From assembly GCA_002269645.1 (NCBI GenBank), contig NIVC01000029.1, forward strand, positions 496,001-560,000: a DNA stretch of 64,000 nt, given 5' to 3'. Positions within the stretch are counted from its first letter, which is position 1, and every line of letters begins with the position of its first letter. The position numbers were made by a program, and so were the translations under genes. The DNA comes from Macrostomum lignano (lineage: Eukaryota). The notes beneath the pieces were generated by a model. It was not told the origin of the DNA. It worked only from the letters and a program-made list of their open reading frames with translations, and did no database searches. Of the stretch, positions 1 through 20,425 are shown piece by piece.

Positions 1-619
1 GTAGTTTGCTGGCTAGCTAGTTTTTACAGTAGCCTGTCTTTCTCTGTCCACCCCTAGCACTATTAAAACGGTTTTTTAATTAATATACCCCTACTTAAAA
101 TGAATATTTGTTTAATATTTGTTAACTAATACTAATTTACAATCTGACCTGTAAAAGACTAATAAGTAACCTAGTTAAGATTTTCCATTCTATGGTATTA
201 GATTCTTTGCATGCTACTCCATAAGTAGTAGTTTTTGTATAGGGCGTTCATAATTTATTTCGATTCTCATATATTCAGAGACATTTGATATCTCCAATTG
301 AATAAATATCAATTGACTTGCGTATGCATGCAGATGATTATTCAAATATTTTACAAAATATACAAATGTAATCTGATTAAAAAATTTGTATTATATAAAA
401 CAATTGATAAGTTTATACTCGTATGTGCAGTACGGAATACTTTGATTTTTGAAAAATGCTCTTGGTTTCTTTGAATCTCAGTTCGCTTAGTTATTTAGTA
501 AAAAAAGTCGTCAATATATCGATAAAAAAAATTTTTTACGCTTACCTACTTGAAGTAGCAAAAAAAGAATTTTACAATCGGAATTAGCTTTTTCCCCAAA
601 AATATTTAAATAATTTCAG

Positions 620-2787
620 TCGCAAAAAATCATATTAAAAGCGGCAGCTGCCGCAGGCAGTTTATTATCAGCCGGTTTCGTTGGCTACTCAATCGGCAAA
701 GACGGTAATAAATCTGAATTTCGAGCAGGCGCTGTAGCCAATGCTTCAACTAGTTCGTCACAGAACGCCTTGTTGCCAATGCCAACAACTCAGTTGCCTA
801 GCAACCCCAATAGTCGAGCCCAACAGATTCTGCGTTTCGGCTCGCCAACCACCGATTCTAATGTGAAACTATTCGACGATTATGTGCTGGCTTACGACAG
901 GAGACTTCGAATACCTGCGTGGGTTGTTGAACGACTCGATAATCAGAGCCGACCGAATCCGGCCTCAACCAGTTCGGTTGTGGACCGAGCCGGATTCGAG
1001 TTCTATGAGGATCTGGCCCAGCATCCGTATTTTCGGGCCAGCAACTCCGACTATGCCGGAAGCGGCTACGACCGAGGGCACATGGCGGCTGCTGGCAACC
1101 ACAAGAGCAGCAGTGCGGCATGTCTGCAGACTTTCATTCTCAGCAATATCTGTCCCCAGGTGAGAGATGTCATCATCAAACTCGTCATTACATTATACAA
1201 AACTTTTCGGAATTGGCTTGAAAAAAAATACAAACTGAAAAGTGTCACATAAAATCACATTTAGAATCGCCGTTCTTTAAAATTGGTTCTAAATCTTCTT
1301 TTAAAAGACGCCTTTAAATCCCCTTGGTAATCGCTTCTAAATTTCCTTAAGAATCGCCCCAATATGCATCAAAATTGCCTCTAAATCTCCTTGATAATCG
1401 CCTCTAAATCCCCTTGATAAGGGCCCTTAAATCCCCTTGATAAGGGCCCCTAAATCCCCTTGATAAGGGCCCCTAAATCCCCTTGATAAGGGCCCCTAAA
1501 TCCCCTTGATAAGGGCCCCTAAATCCCCTTGATAAGGGCCCCTAAATCCCCTTGATAAGGGCCCTTAAATCCCCTTGATAAGGAGCCCCTAAATCCCCTT
1601 GATAAGGGCCCCTAAATCCCCTTGATAATCGCCTCAAAATCCCCTTGATAAGGGCCCTTAAATCCCCTTGATAAGGAGCCCCTAAATCCCCTTGATAAGG
1701 GCCCCTAAATCCCCTTGATAAGGGCCCCTAAATCCCCTTGATAATCGCCTCTAAATCCCCTTGATAATCGCCTCTAAATCCCCTTGATAAGGGCATCTAA
1801 ATCCCCTTGATAAGGGCCCCTAAATCCCCTTGATAAGGGCCCCTAAATCCCCTTGATAAGGGCCCCTAAATCCCCTTGATAAGGGCCCCTAAATCCCCTT
1901 GATAAGGGCCCCTAAATCCCCTTGATAAGGGCCCCTAAATCCCCTTGATAAGGGCCCCTAAATCCCCTTGATAAGGGCCCCTAAATCCCCTTGATAAGGG
2001 CCCCTAAATCCCCTTGATAAGGGCCCCTAAATCCCCTTGATAAGGGCCCTTAAATCCCCTTGATAAGGAGCCCCTAAATCCCCTTGATAAGGGCCCCTAA
2101 ATCCCCTTGATAAGGGCCCTTAAATCCCCTTGATAAGGAGCCCCTAAATCCCCTTGATAAGGAGCCCCTAAATCCCCTTGATAATCGCCTCTAAATCCCC
2201 TTGATAATCGCCTCTAAATCCCCTTGATAAGGGCCCCTAAATCCCCTTGATAAGGGCCCCTAAATCCCCTTGATAAGGGCCCCTAAATCCCCTTGATAAG
2301 GGCCCCTAAATCCCCTCAAAAATCGTTTCTAAATCAACCTTGAAAATCATCTCTAAATCTCCTTTGAAAATCGCCCCTAAAATGGCAGGTAGGCAACGGC
2401 TTCAACCGGCACCTGTGGAACAGTCTCGAACGCTACATACGCAGTCTAACCAAGCACTACTCTGCAGTATATGTGTGCACCGGCCCCCTATTCCTGCCTA
2501 TTCAACACTCCGGTTCTAAACGAAAATTTGTTCAATACGAAGTTCTTGGCAGCAATTCTGTTGCTGTGCCAACTCACTTCTTCAAAGTGGTGCTGCTTGA
2601 GACACCTGCCCAGCAGTTCGAGCTGCTCTGCTATCTGGTGCCGAACATGGCTCATCCGGTGAACCCGGAGCCCAGTCTCGACCTGTTTCTCGTGCCGCTT
2701 GACGCCATTGAACGGGCGGCCGGTTTTCTTATATTCGATCAGGTTCAGAAAAGTCGAATTGTTCGAGTTAATAAGCAACCGGTTTGA
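620..2787 (+). CDS. ENDOG: Endonuclease G (mitochondrial non-specific nuclease); exons 620..1159 and 2389..2787; initiator codon not found in the window
   Basis: Contains YDRGHMAAAGNHK (DRGH active-site motif) and AWVVERL. The spliced junction reads NICPQ|VGNGFNRHLWNSLE, followed by VYVCTGPLFLP and VAVPTHFFKV. Donor CAG|GTGAGA at 1159/1160, acceptor GGCAG|GTA at 2388/2389, phase 0. The frame is open back to acceptor TTTCAG| at 619. Confidence 0.95.
1385..2330. repeat. ~23-bp minisatellite (AAGGGCCCCTAAATCCCCTTGAT)n filling the ENDOG intron
   Basis: About 40 tandem units, read directly. Confidence 0.95.
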
Positions 2788-2949
2788 TGGTGTTTGTTAG
2801 TCCGGTCTGAGCTTGTTTGTTAATTCTTAGTAAAAATATATGCTTTCAATTATAGCTCGCAGCTCTTAGTTTCAATTTTACATACTTTGTGTATCTGTAG
2901 TCCGCTGCACAGACAAAATGGAATCTTGTCTTTTGTTTAAGTACTTTTT

Positions 2950-3700
2950 CGTTGCTGGGCCAGCCTCTCAGATCCTCAGCTGCTGGGCCAGCCTCTCAGA
3001 TCCTCAGTTGCTGGGCCAGCCTCTCAGATCCTCAGTTGCTGGACCAGCCTCTCAGATCCTCAGTTGCTGGGCCAGCCTCTCAGATCCTCAGTTGCTGGGC
3101 CAGCCTCTCAGATCCTCAGTTGCTGGGCCAGCCTCTCAGATCCTCAGTTGCTGGGCCAGCCTCTCAGATCCTCAGTTGCTGGGCCAGCCTCTCAGATCCT
3201 CAGTTGCTGGGCCAGCCTCTCAGATCCTCAGTTGCTGGGCCAGCCTCTCAGATCCTCAGTTGCTGGGCCAGCCTCTCAGATCCTCAGTTGCTGGACCAGC
3301 CTCTCAGATCCTCAGTTGCTGGACCAGCCTCTCAGATCCTCAGTTGCTGGGCCAGCCTTTCAGATCCTCAGTTGCTGGGCCAGCCTCTCAGATCCTCAGT
3401 TGCTGGGCCAGCCTCTCAGATCCTCAGTTGCTGGGCTAGCCTCTCAGATCCTCAGTTGCTGGGCCAGGCTCCCAGAGTGTCAGTTGCTGGGCCAGCCTCC
3501 CAGAGTGTCAGTTGCTGGGCCAGCCTCCCAGAGTGTCAGTTTCTGGGCCAGCCTCCCAGAGTGTCAGTTTCTGGGCCAGCCTCCCAGAGTGTCAGTTTCT
3601 GGGCCAGCCTCCCAGATCCTCAGTTGCTGGGCCAGCCTCCCAGAGTGTCAGTTTCTGGGCCAGCCTCCCAGATCCTCAGTTGCTGGACCATCTCCGCGCT
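2950..3700 (+). repeat. 28-bp minisatellite (GTTGCTGGGCCAGCCTCTCAGATCCTCA)n
   Basis: Tandem units read directly; the same family occurs at 32380-33235 and 35740-36125 in the opposite orientation. Confidence 0.95.
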
Positions 3701-4371
3701 CTCAGATCCTCATTCCAGCCTTTTCCAATACAATCTGCGGCAGTAATAAAGTTAAAAACTTTAATCTTTGACTCGGCTTGTATTACGTCAAACGCAGAAA
3801 AACATTTCAGGTGGAAAAGCAAGTGAAGCCGCAATTTTTCTCTAGCAAAAACTTTTTAATTACCGACTGCCCAGGCAAGCTGACAGCTGAAATCTTGAAG
3901 GAAGATTATTATAATTTTTCCGAGGACAAAGAAGCCCTTTAAAGCTGCTGTTTATTAAAAAAAATTCTTTTCGCTTTCGAAGCCTATGACGTGTTTGTTA
4001 ACCTGAAGAATTTGTTGCTACGAGTAGACCAGAGGAGTTAAAGTCCGCGGAAAGATTAGCTAGGGATTCTTTTTAGTTACAAAATCGCGACACACGAAAG
4101 GTATGCAATTGAGCACCGCTAATCCTGGTCTAATCCATTCAGATTAAGCTTTTGCTGGGTTTATAATCCATTTTGTCTGTGTAGATTAATTCCTACTTAA
4201 AAGGATAAGCCCTTGTGTAATGCGCAGTTCCGTGAAACACTGCATGCAGCAGTCTAGCCACAGTTGTCAATCAGCCTGATCAATCCTGTTGCCTAGTAAT
4301 TTTCGGTGTCCTTAAAGTGGGCCAACAAAAATCATAAATCTCTATTTTCTCTTAAAATCTGCACACAAACC

Positions 4372-4622
4372 CCCCATACAGCACCCATAGACACACACAG
4401 CACCCATAGACACACACAGCACCCATAGACATACACAGCACCCATAGACATACACAGCACCCATAGACATACTCGGAACCCATAGACATACACAGCACCC
4501 ATAGACGTACACAGCACCCATAGACATACTCGGAACACATAGACATCCATAGCACCCATAGACACACAGAACCCATAGACACACACAGAACCCATAGACA
4601 CACACAGAACCCATAGACACAC
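4372..4622. repeat. ~19-bp minisatellite (CAGCACCCATAGACACACA)n
   Basis: Tandem units read directly. Confidence 0.9.
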
Positions 4623-4904
4623 GCAGCGTAGTAGTATGAAAATGGTACAGTATGGCGCACGTCGCTGATTGGCTGGCTAATGGGTGCTGGCCCATGGGTG
4701 TCTATGGGTGCTGGGCTGGCCAATCAGCGAGGGGGAGCCAATCAGCGATGAGGCCCCGGGGGCGGGGCAGGCTGAGGGAGGTGGCAGGCCCAGAGGTGGG
4801 GTCCGGCAGGCCCAGGGATGGGGTCCAGCAAGCCTAGGGGTGGGGTCGAGCAGCCAAGGGTAGGGTCGAGCAGGCCAGATGAGGGGTCGGGCAGTTAAGT
4901 AAGC

Positions 4905-5500
4905 CATAGCCACATCCATAGCCACAGCCACAGCCATAGCCACAGTCATAGCCACAGCCATTGCCACAGAAAGCCATAGCCACAGTCATAGCCACAGCCA
5001 CAGCCATAGCCACAGCCATTGCCACAGCCATTGCCACAGCCACAGCCATTGCCACAGCCATTGCCACAGCCATTGCCACAGCCATTGCCACAGCCACAGC
5101 CATAGCCACAGTCATAGCCACAGCCATTGCCACAGAAAGCCATAGCCACAGTCATAGCCACAGCCACAGCCATAGCCACAGCCATTGCCACAGCCATTGC
5201 CATAGCCACAGCCATTGCCACAGCCATTGCCACAGCCACAGCCATTGCCACAGAAAGCCATAGCCACAGCCATAGCCACAGCAACAGCCATAGCCACAGC
5301 CACAGCCATTGCCACAGAAAGCCATAGCCACAGCCACAGTCACAGCCATAGCCACAGCCATTGCCACAGTCACAGCCATAGCCACAGCCATAGCCACAGC
5401 CACAGCCATTGCCACAGCCATTGCCACAGCCATAGCCACAGCCATTGCCACAGAAAGCCATAGCCACAGCCACAGCCATAGCCACAGCCACAGCCATAGC
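4905..5500. repeat. Hexamer-based repeat (GCCACA/GCCATA/GCCATT)n with internal higher-order duplication
   Basis: Read directly; it generates the spurious ATAIA/SHSH ORFs. Confidence 0.9.
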
Positions 5501-5949
5501 GAATATTAACGAATTTGATCTCAATTCGATAGCCACAGCCATCTCTCAATTCGAAAGAGGTGAAGTGATGAGGAAATCAGTCGATTTTCTTCATTTTGTT
5601 TCATCATAAATCATTTCGTCAATTGATTACAGTCTGCACAAGCAGATGTAGGCAAATTGATTTAACCTAAATTCCATATCGCATCTCTCACGGGATTCTG
5701 ATTGAGGATTCAACCGAACGAAGGATTCCAGAAGTGCTTCGAGTGACCATGCAGCTGTAGCAGCTATGCGTGCATGGACACTTTTCCTGCACCGTACTTG
5801 ACTGCTTTGGAAATATTGCTCTGTCAATATTATATGTATGTGCATAGTTACTGGGATCTGGTACATTGCACTGCATGCGGCTGATACCAATGTCTACAGC
5901 TCACTGTCTGTAGATGTCTTCTGATCCAGTCTGAAAACCATCTAAAGAT

Positions 5950-6665
5950 TCAATCTAGTAGACATCTATAGATTCAATCTACTAAACACTCAGATTCATG
6001 CTGCTGAATGTCTATAGATTCTATCAGTCCTTTATAGTGGGCATCTATAGATTCTATCATTTCTTTATAGTAGGCATCTATAGATTCTATCATTCCTCTA
6101 TAGTAGGCATCTATAGATTCTATCATTTCTTTATAGTAGGCATCTATAGATTCTATCATTCCTTTATAGTAGGCATCTATAGATTCTATCATTCCTCTAT
6201 AGTAGGCATCTATAGATTCTATCATTTCTTTATAGTAGGCATCTATAGATTCTATCATTCCTTTATAGTAGGCATCTATAGATTCTATCATTCCTTTATA
6301 GTAGGCATCTATAGATTCTATCATTTCTTTATAGTAGGCATCTATAGATTCTATCATTCCTTTATAGTAGGCATCTATAGATTCTATCATTCCTTTATAG
6401 TAGGCATCTGTAGATTCAAGCTACTAAACACCTATAGATTTAAGCTGCTCAATGTCTATAGATTCCATCAATCTTTTATAGCAGGCATCTGTAGATTCAA
6501 GCTACTAGACATCTAAAGATTCAATCTACTAAACACCTATAGATTTAAGCTGCTCAATGTCTATAAATTCTATCATTCTTTTATAAAAGGCATCTAAAGA
6601 TTTAATCTACTAGACACCTATAGATTTAAGCTGCTCAATGTCTAGGCATCTATAGATTCAATCTA
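5950..6665. repeat. 33-bp minisatellite (GTAGGCATCTATAGATTCTATCATTCCTTTATA)n
   Basis: Period of 33 measured between 6071 and 6104. Confidence 0.9.
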
Positions 6666-6958
6666 CTAGTAACTCCTATATTGTTTTACAGGAAAAACGC
6701 ATTGGCACTACTTGTAGTGCGCATATGAATACACAATTTTATCGGCTGCAGACCACCGGCTCACTGCTCTGTGCATGGTTGGTCACAGCCCAACGCAGCC
6801 AATCGGAAACTTTAGCAGCCAAGACCCCCCCCCCCCAACAAAAGACCCAAAGTATTCCCAAAACCCTGCACAAAAACCTGTCTGCAAACTCTACAAAGCA
6901 ACAGACTTCAGCAGTTTATCTGAATTCGAATAGAGAAAAGAAACAAAGAAGACTAATT

Positions 6959-14705
<7,747 letters not shown>

Positions 14706-15076
14706 CTTAGTAGTATCTGTCCCCGACAGACTGTGTGTGGCAGGCCATTTTCCCGAGTAGTTAATTACCAGCAAATAAAGATGAACCGTGTACCCTAATA
14801 TTTTATTTGTAATATACTTGCAATTGTTGTATTTTTGCTTTGATATCAATATAGCTGGCGCACTTATTGCTGCTATAATAGTTTTGCAACATATACATAA
14901 AAGTTTTGCTGTGGCATATTTCTGCTTTTATGGCTTGTTGACTGCAGTATAAACCACAGAATATTCTGTGGTATAAACGAAGGTTTGCTGCACAAGTCTT
15001 TTGCCTAGCTAATTAAGTTTTATAATTCCGTTTGGGGTCTGTTAACTAGAGCATGGTCAATCAGTCGGTGATCATA

Positions 15077-15800
15077 TACTCGGTTGGGGAGAAACTTCCC
15101 GCGGTTTCTAGAACTTTCTGTCTAAGAACTTTCTGGAACATTCCAGAGCCCGGCTGTGTGGGTATATATTGAGGGTGGGTGTGTGTGATTCTAACATGCT
15201 ATTTAAACCAAAGAGATTACTCACTAGTCACCAGCATTATGGATCTCTCTCGGGCCTATACTCGTGGTCTCCTGCTCTACGACTTCAAATCTGGACTGTC
15301 AGCCGCAGAATCCAGCCACCGCATCAACGCTGCATTTGGTGCGGGTACCGTGTCTGAACGCACCGCCCAGGACTGGTTTGCGCGGTTTCGCCAGGGAAAT
15401 TTTAACCTCGAAGATTTGCCCCGGTCAGGTCGTCCCTCCGAGGTTGATGACGACCGGCTGCGCACACCAGCGCAGGGCAGAGGTGGCCACTTCTCTCCTC
15501 TCCTACAACTGGCTGAAGTCCATCGTTACGGGCGATGAAAAGTGGTGCCTGTACGTCAACATCAAACGTTGACGATTATGGGTTGATGTTGACGCGACGC
15601 CTGAGCTGCAGCCAAAGGCCGGACTCCATCCACGCAAGGTCATGCTGTGCGTGTGGTGGGACTGCAAGGGCGTCATCTACTACGAACTGCTGCCACCCAA
15701 CACATCGATTACGGCCGATTTATACTGCCAACAGCTGGACCGATTGGCCGCCGCCATCGCACAGAAGCGTCCGAACCATGGCCTGGTACGATTCATACGA
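15077..15800 (+). mobile_element. Degenerate mariner (Tc1/mariner) element: probable 5' TIR plus an internally deleted, 3'-truncated transposase
   Basis: ATG at 15239 gives MDLSRAYTRGLLLYDFKSG...SERTAQDWFARFRQGNFNLEDLPRSGRP (N-terminal HTH), then IVTGDEKW (first D of the DDD triad) and HPRKVMLCVWWD. TA followed by TACTCGGTTGGGGAGAAACTTCCCGCGGTTT resembles mariner TIRs. There is a frameshift/deletion and an in-frame stop. Confidence 0.9.
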
Positions 15801-15834
15801 CTCACTAGTTGGTCATACTGATGACTGTTGGTCA

Positions 15835-16525
15835 TCCTACTAGATGGTCATTACTGACCATCTAGTCATGATAATCCAGTTCCCTCTGTGATAATCTAGT
15901 TCACTCTATCACCATCTAGTTCACTCTGTGACCATCTAGTTAAGTCTTTGATCATCTAGTTCACTCTGTGACCATCTAGTCAAGTCTGTGATCATCTAGT
16001 TCACTCTGTGACCATCTAGTTCACTATGTGACCATCTAGTTAAGTCTGTGATCATCTAGTTCACTCTGTGACCATCTAGTTAAGTCTTTGATCATCTAGT
16101 TCACTCTGTGATCATCTAGTTCACTCTGTGACCATCTAGTTCACTATGTGACCATCTAGTTAAGTCTGTGATCATCTAGTTTACTCTGTGACCATCTAGT
16201 TCACTCTGTGACCATCTAGTTAAGTCTTTGATCATCTAGTTCACTCTGTGATCATCTAGTTCACTCTGTGACCATCCAGTTCACTCTGTGATCATCTAGT
16301 TCACTCTGTGACCATCCAGTTCACTCTGTGACCATCCAGTTCGCTCTGTGACCATCTAGTTCCCTCTATGATCATCTAGTTCCCTCTATGACCATCTATA
16401 GTTGACTCTGTGATCATTTACTTCACTCTATGACCATCTAGTTCACTCTGTGATAATCTAGTCCACTCTATGACCATCTAGTTCACTCTGTGGTCATCCA
16501 GTTCTCTTTATGATTATCTAGTTCA
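15835..16525. repeat. 20-bp minisatellite (CATCTAGTTCACTCTGTGAC)n
   Basis: Read directly. Confidence 0.93.
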
Positions 16526-17031
16526 CTGGATCGTCCCTTAGCTTTGTAATTTTATAGATTTGTTTTGTTATAGTCAGGATACCATAGTTACCCTACGCTA
16601 CCATATTTTGCGTCAAAGAACAGCTCAGTGCATGGATCAAGTTCCCAATGATCGGTGAAAATATGCTTGCAACTCGCATCATAGCATCATCATATTTGGT
16701 TCACTTCAGTTCGACCGAACCTGGAACTCAAGCAGCTCGTATTGAATAAGCAAAAGCGGAGGAACAGAAGAGGGCGATGACGCACAACTGTCAATCATAA
16801 ATATCTTTCTCGCTGGCTCAATTTAGCAAATCAATACCTCCGTTCGTTGCTCGAAACCGGTCTGAAAGTTGAGCTCGAAATTGAGCGACTGGGATTTCTG
16901 ACTCGCAGAAATTGCGATTTCTACAGAATTTCGTATTCAAGTCTACTCTGTAATGACAGCTCGAATACGTTAGACAGGAAAGTGTTAGACAGTACATGTA
17001 CGCTCGTACTAGGAAGTTGTTAGACTCATAA

Positions 17032-17105
17032 GATGGTGTTGCAGCCTAACGGTCAGAGCGTCGGACGCCCGAATGAAAGGTCGGGGTTCGATTCCCGATC
17101 CCATT
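17032..17105 (+). mobile_element. tRNA-like sequence (tRNA-derived SINE head or tRNA pseudogene)
   Basis: A-box-like CAGCCTAACGGTCAGAGC, B-box GGTTCGATTCC within a TCGGG/CCCGA stem, and ATGG...CCAT terminal pairing. No canonical anticodon arm. Confidence 0.55.
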
Positions 17106-17129
17106 CGAAACAATGTGTCCTTAAGCTAA

Positions 17130-18120
17130 AAGTGTTAGGAAGGTGTTGGACAGTATTAGGAAGGTGTTAGACAGTATTAAAAAAGTGTTAGACAGTATTA
17201 GGAAGGTGTTAGACAGTATTTGGAAGGTGTTAGACAGTATTAGAAAGGTGTTAGACAGTATTAGGAAAGTGTTAGACAGTATTAGGAAAGTGTTGGACAG
17301 TATTAGGAATGTGTTAGACAGTGTTAGGAAGGCGTTATACAGTATTAGAAAAGTGTTAGACAGTTTAGTCTGTTTAGGAAGGTGTTAGACAGTATTTGGA
17401 AGGTGTAAGACAGTATTAGGAAGGTGTTAGACAGTATTAGGAAGTGTTAGACAGTATTAGGAAAGTGTTAGACAGTATAAGGAAAGTGTTAGACAGTATT
17501 AGGAAAGTGTTAGACAGTATTAGGAAGTGTTAGACAGTATTAGGAAAGTGTTAGATTGTATTAGGAAAGTGTTAGACAGTATTAGGAAAGTGTTAGACAG
17601 TATTAGGAAAGTGTTAGTATTAGGAAATTGTTAGACAGTATTAGGAAAGTGTTAGACAGTATAAGGAAAGTGTTAGACAGTATTAGGAAATTGTTAGACA
17701 GTATTAGGAAAGTGTTAGACAGTATTAGGAAATTGTTAGACAGTATTAGGAAAGTGTTAGACAGTATTAGGAAAGTATTAGTATTAGGAAAGTGTTAGAC
17801 AGTATTAGGAAGTGTTAGACGTATTAGGAAAGTGTTAGACAGTATTAGGAAAGTGTTAGACTGTATTAGAAAAGTGTTAGACAGTATTAGGAAAGTGTTA
17901 GACAGTATAAGGAAAGTGTTAGACAGTATAAGGAAAGTGTTAGACAGTATTAGGAAAGTGTTAGACAGTATTAGGAAGTGTTAGACAGTATTAGGAAGTG
18001 TTAGACAGTATTAGGAAATTGTTAGACAGTATTAGGAAAGTGTTAGACAGTATTAGGAAAGTGTTAGACAGTATTAGGAAGTGTTAGACAGTATTAGGAA
18101 GGCGTTAGACATTATTAGAA
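17130..18120. repeat. 21-bp minisatellite (GTGTTAGACAGTATTAGGAAA)n
   Basis: Read directly. Confidence 0.95.
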
Positions 18121-18569
18121 GAGTTTTAGTCAGCACACGAAGGTAAGAAAAATGTATTCATTAGATCCAAGGGACTGCAACAGCACTTTTCCATAAATAT
18201 GATACATAGAAAATTAAAGTGGCACTCTGGCGTACGTGAGTGAAATTACTTTTATTTCGGATTTGGGCTGTATAATTTATATTGGATTGCAAGACAAATA
18301 AATACGATCGATCGCGTCTAATCCATTAACGCATTCAGATTATCAACCTCATATTGCTACAGTTGCGGTACGTTTACGACTTCTGCAAGAAAGATTTGCT
18401 GGTTGCCTCTGTTCTTGTCTATAGTCCGAGTGTGACCATTATCACACTTATGATTCGTAAGCACTCATTTGCGCGTGTCGGCGGTGCCAGCTGTCGGCCT
18501 CAAAATGTATACAGCTCTATTCTGTACAACTCCTGACTGTCTTCTGGGCTGGACTGGGTTGTTCTTCGT

Positions 18570-19575
18570 CTCCCCTCTCATTTCCTCTCCCCTCTCTACT
18601 CTCTACTCTTCCCCTCTCCCCCTCTCTCCTCTCTACTCTTTCCTCTCCCCCTCTCTTCTCTCCTTTCCCCTCTACTCTCCCACTGTCTCCTCTCTACTTT
18701 TCCCCTCTCCTTTCCCCTCTACTCTCCCCCTCTCTCCTCTCTACTCTCCTTTCCCCTCTACTCTACCCCTCTACTCTTCCCCTCTCTTCTCTCCTCTCCC
18801 CCTCTCTCTCCTCATCTCTCCCTTTTCCCCTCTCTCAAGTCTCCTCTCTTGATCTCTGTCCTCCATTCTCCTCCCTTGTCTCCTTTTTTCTAATTCATTT
18901 CACTTCTTCTATCTATTCATGCCCTCCTTTCTCGCTACTCTCCTCTATTCTATTTTTCTCATCATCCCCTCTCGCCCGCTCTCATCTCTCTAACGGCATG
19001 CAGCAGTGCGCAGCGAGAATTCGCAGTCAGTCATAAAAGTTACAGCCGCAGCAGAAACAGCTGGTTCCAGTTTTGGACTTCTTTTTGTGATTTTTTCCTT
19101 CTGTGGCCGGCTTTTTCCTGCCGTAGAGGCAATAGAGAAAAAAATAGAAATCCAACCCGGTCCATATTTCTGTCGCTTTCATTAATTTTGTCTTTTTTCT
19201 TCAATCGGCACATTTGGATACGAGAATCGCTGGGCTGTTTCTGTGACGCGTTTTACGAGTAGTTTGCGCTGAGAGCGAACGGCCTAAGATTTCCAAAAGA
19301 ATGTCCATGGCATAGCAACTGTGCCAGACACCTGCACTTGCTGAATACTGGCGTACTCGTATAAGCAGAGGTGGACCGTAAAAATGTACGAGTATTATAG
19401 AATCCCAGTGATTATTCAACACTGAGTTTAGGGGGAGAGGAAGAGAAGAGTGGAGAGTGGGGGGAGAAGAGGGAGAGATAGGAGAAGGGAGAAAAGTGGG
19501 GGGGGAGAAGGGAGCAGGGTAGTGAGAGGGAGAGGGGAGAGGAGATAAGGGAAGAAGTCATGAGGCAAGAGAGAA
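18570..19575. repeat. CT-rich tract (18570-18990) and GA-rich tract (19430-19575) flanking ~440 bp of unique DNA
   Basis: Low-complexity tracts of opposite purine bias, read directly. Confidence 0.8.
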
Positions 19576-20094
19576 AGATAGATACCTGTGGAATGTGTGA
19601 GCATTGCTAACACAAAAGTCTCTATAGTAGTCGTAGTGGACCATATCGTAGGTTTGGTAGTTTTCAAATATTTAGGTTTTGAACGCAGTTCGTCCCCTTG
19701 CCATCCGTCTATCTTGGTTTAGGTAGCAATATAGCTCGTATTTGTGTATAACTATTGCCAATCCTCTTTGCTTACTTGGCAGGCAAAGTTCAAGTGGTTG
19801 CACGAAATGCCTTTCCATCCTTTCATTGGCACCGATTTGTCAATGCCGATCTGGCGCGGTGGACACTGGCTGCCTGCGCTGGTCATTTATCAGTGCCGCT
19901 GTAGCAAAAGTGCTTTTTTTGAAAAATTGAAACAAACAATAGTTCCCTGTCTAACCGAAGTTGAAGGTAAAAACTCGAACACGATACATTCGCGTTGTCC
20001 GATTATTGATGCGTTTCCAGGAAACACACATTACTGGCATGATGGCACAGTATGTCATCGTAGCTATGGATTTATCCCTTTAACAGAGGACCCA

Positions 20095-20271
20095 ACTAAC
20101 TAAGTAACTAACTGACTAACTAAATGACTAACTAACTAACTAGCCAACTAACTAACTAACTAAATGACTAACTAACTGACTAACTAGCTAACAAACAAAC
20201 AAACAAGCTCACTAACTAACTAACTAACTAGCTAACTAGCTAACTATCTAACTCACTCACTCACACACTAT

Positions 20272-20348
<77 letters not shown>

Positions 20349-20349
20349 C

Positions 20350-20388
<39 letters not shown>

Positions 20389-20389
20389 C

Positions 20390-20424
<35 letters not shown>

Positions 20425-20425
20425 G
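20095..20425. repeat. (CTAA)n microsatellite
   Basis: Read directly. Confidence 0.95.

Noticed and set aside
2918-3826. Long ORFs (VAGPASQILSCWASL repeats), also at 32315-33268 and 35739-36254
   Set aside because: Translations of the 28-bp satellite; open in all three frames, intronic or intergenic.
17032-17105. Functional tRNA gene
   Set aside because: The anticodon arm and acceptor stem do not fold canonically; kept only as tRNA-like.
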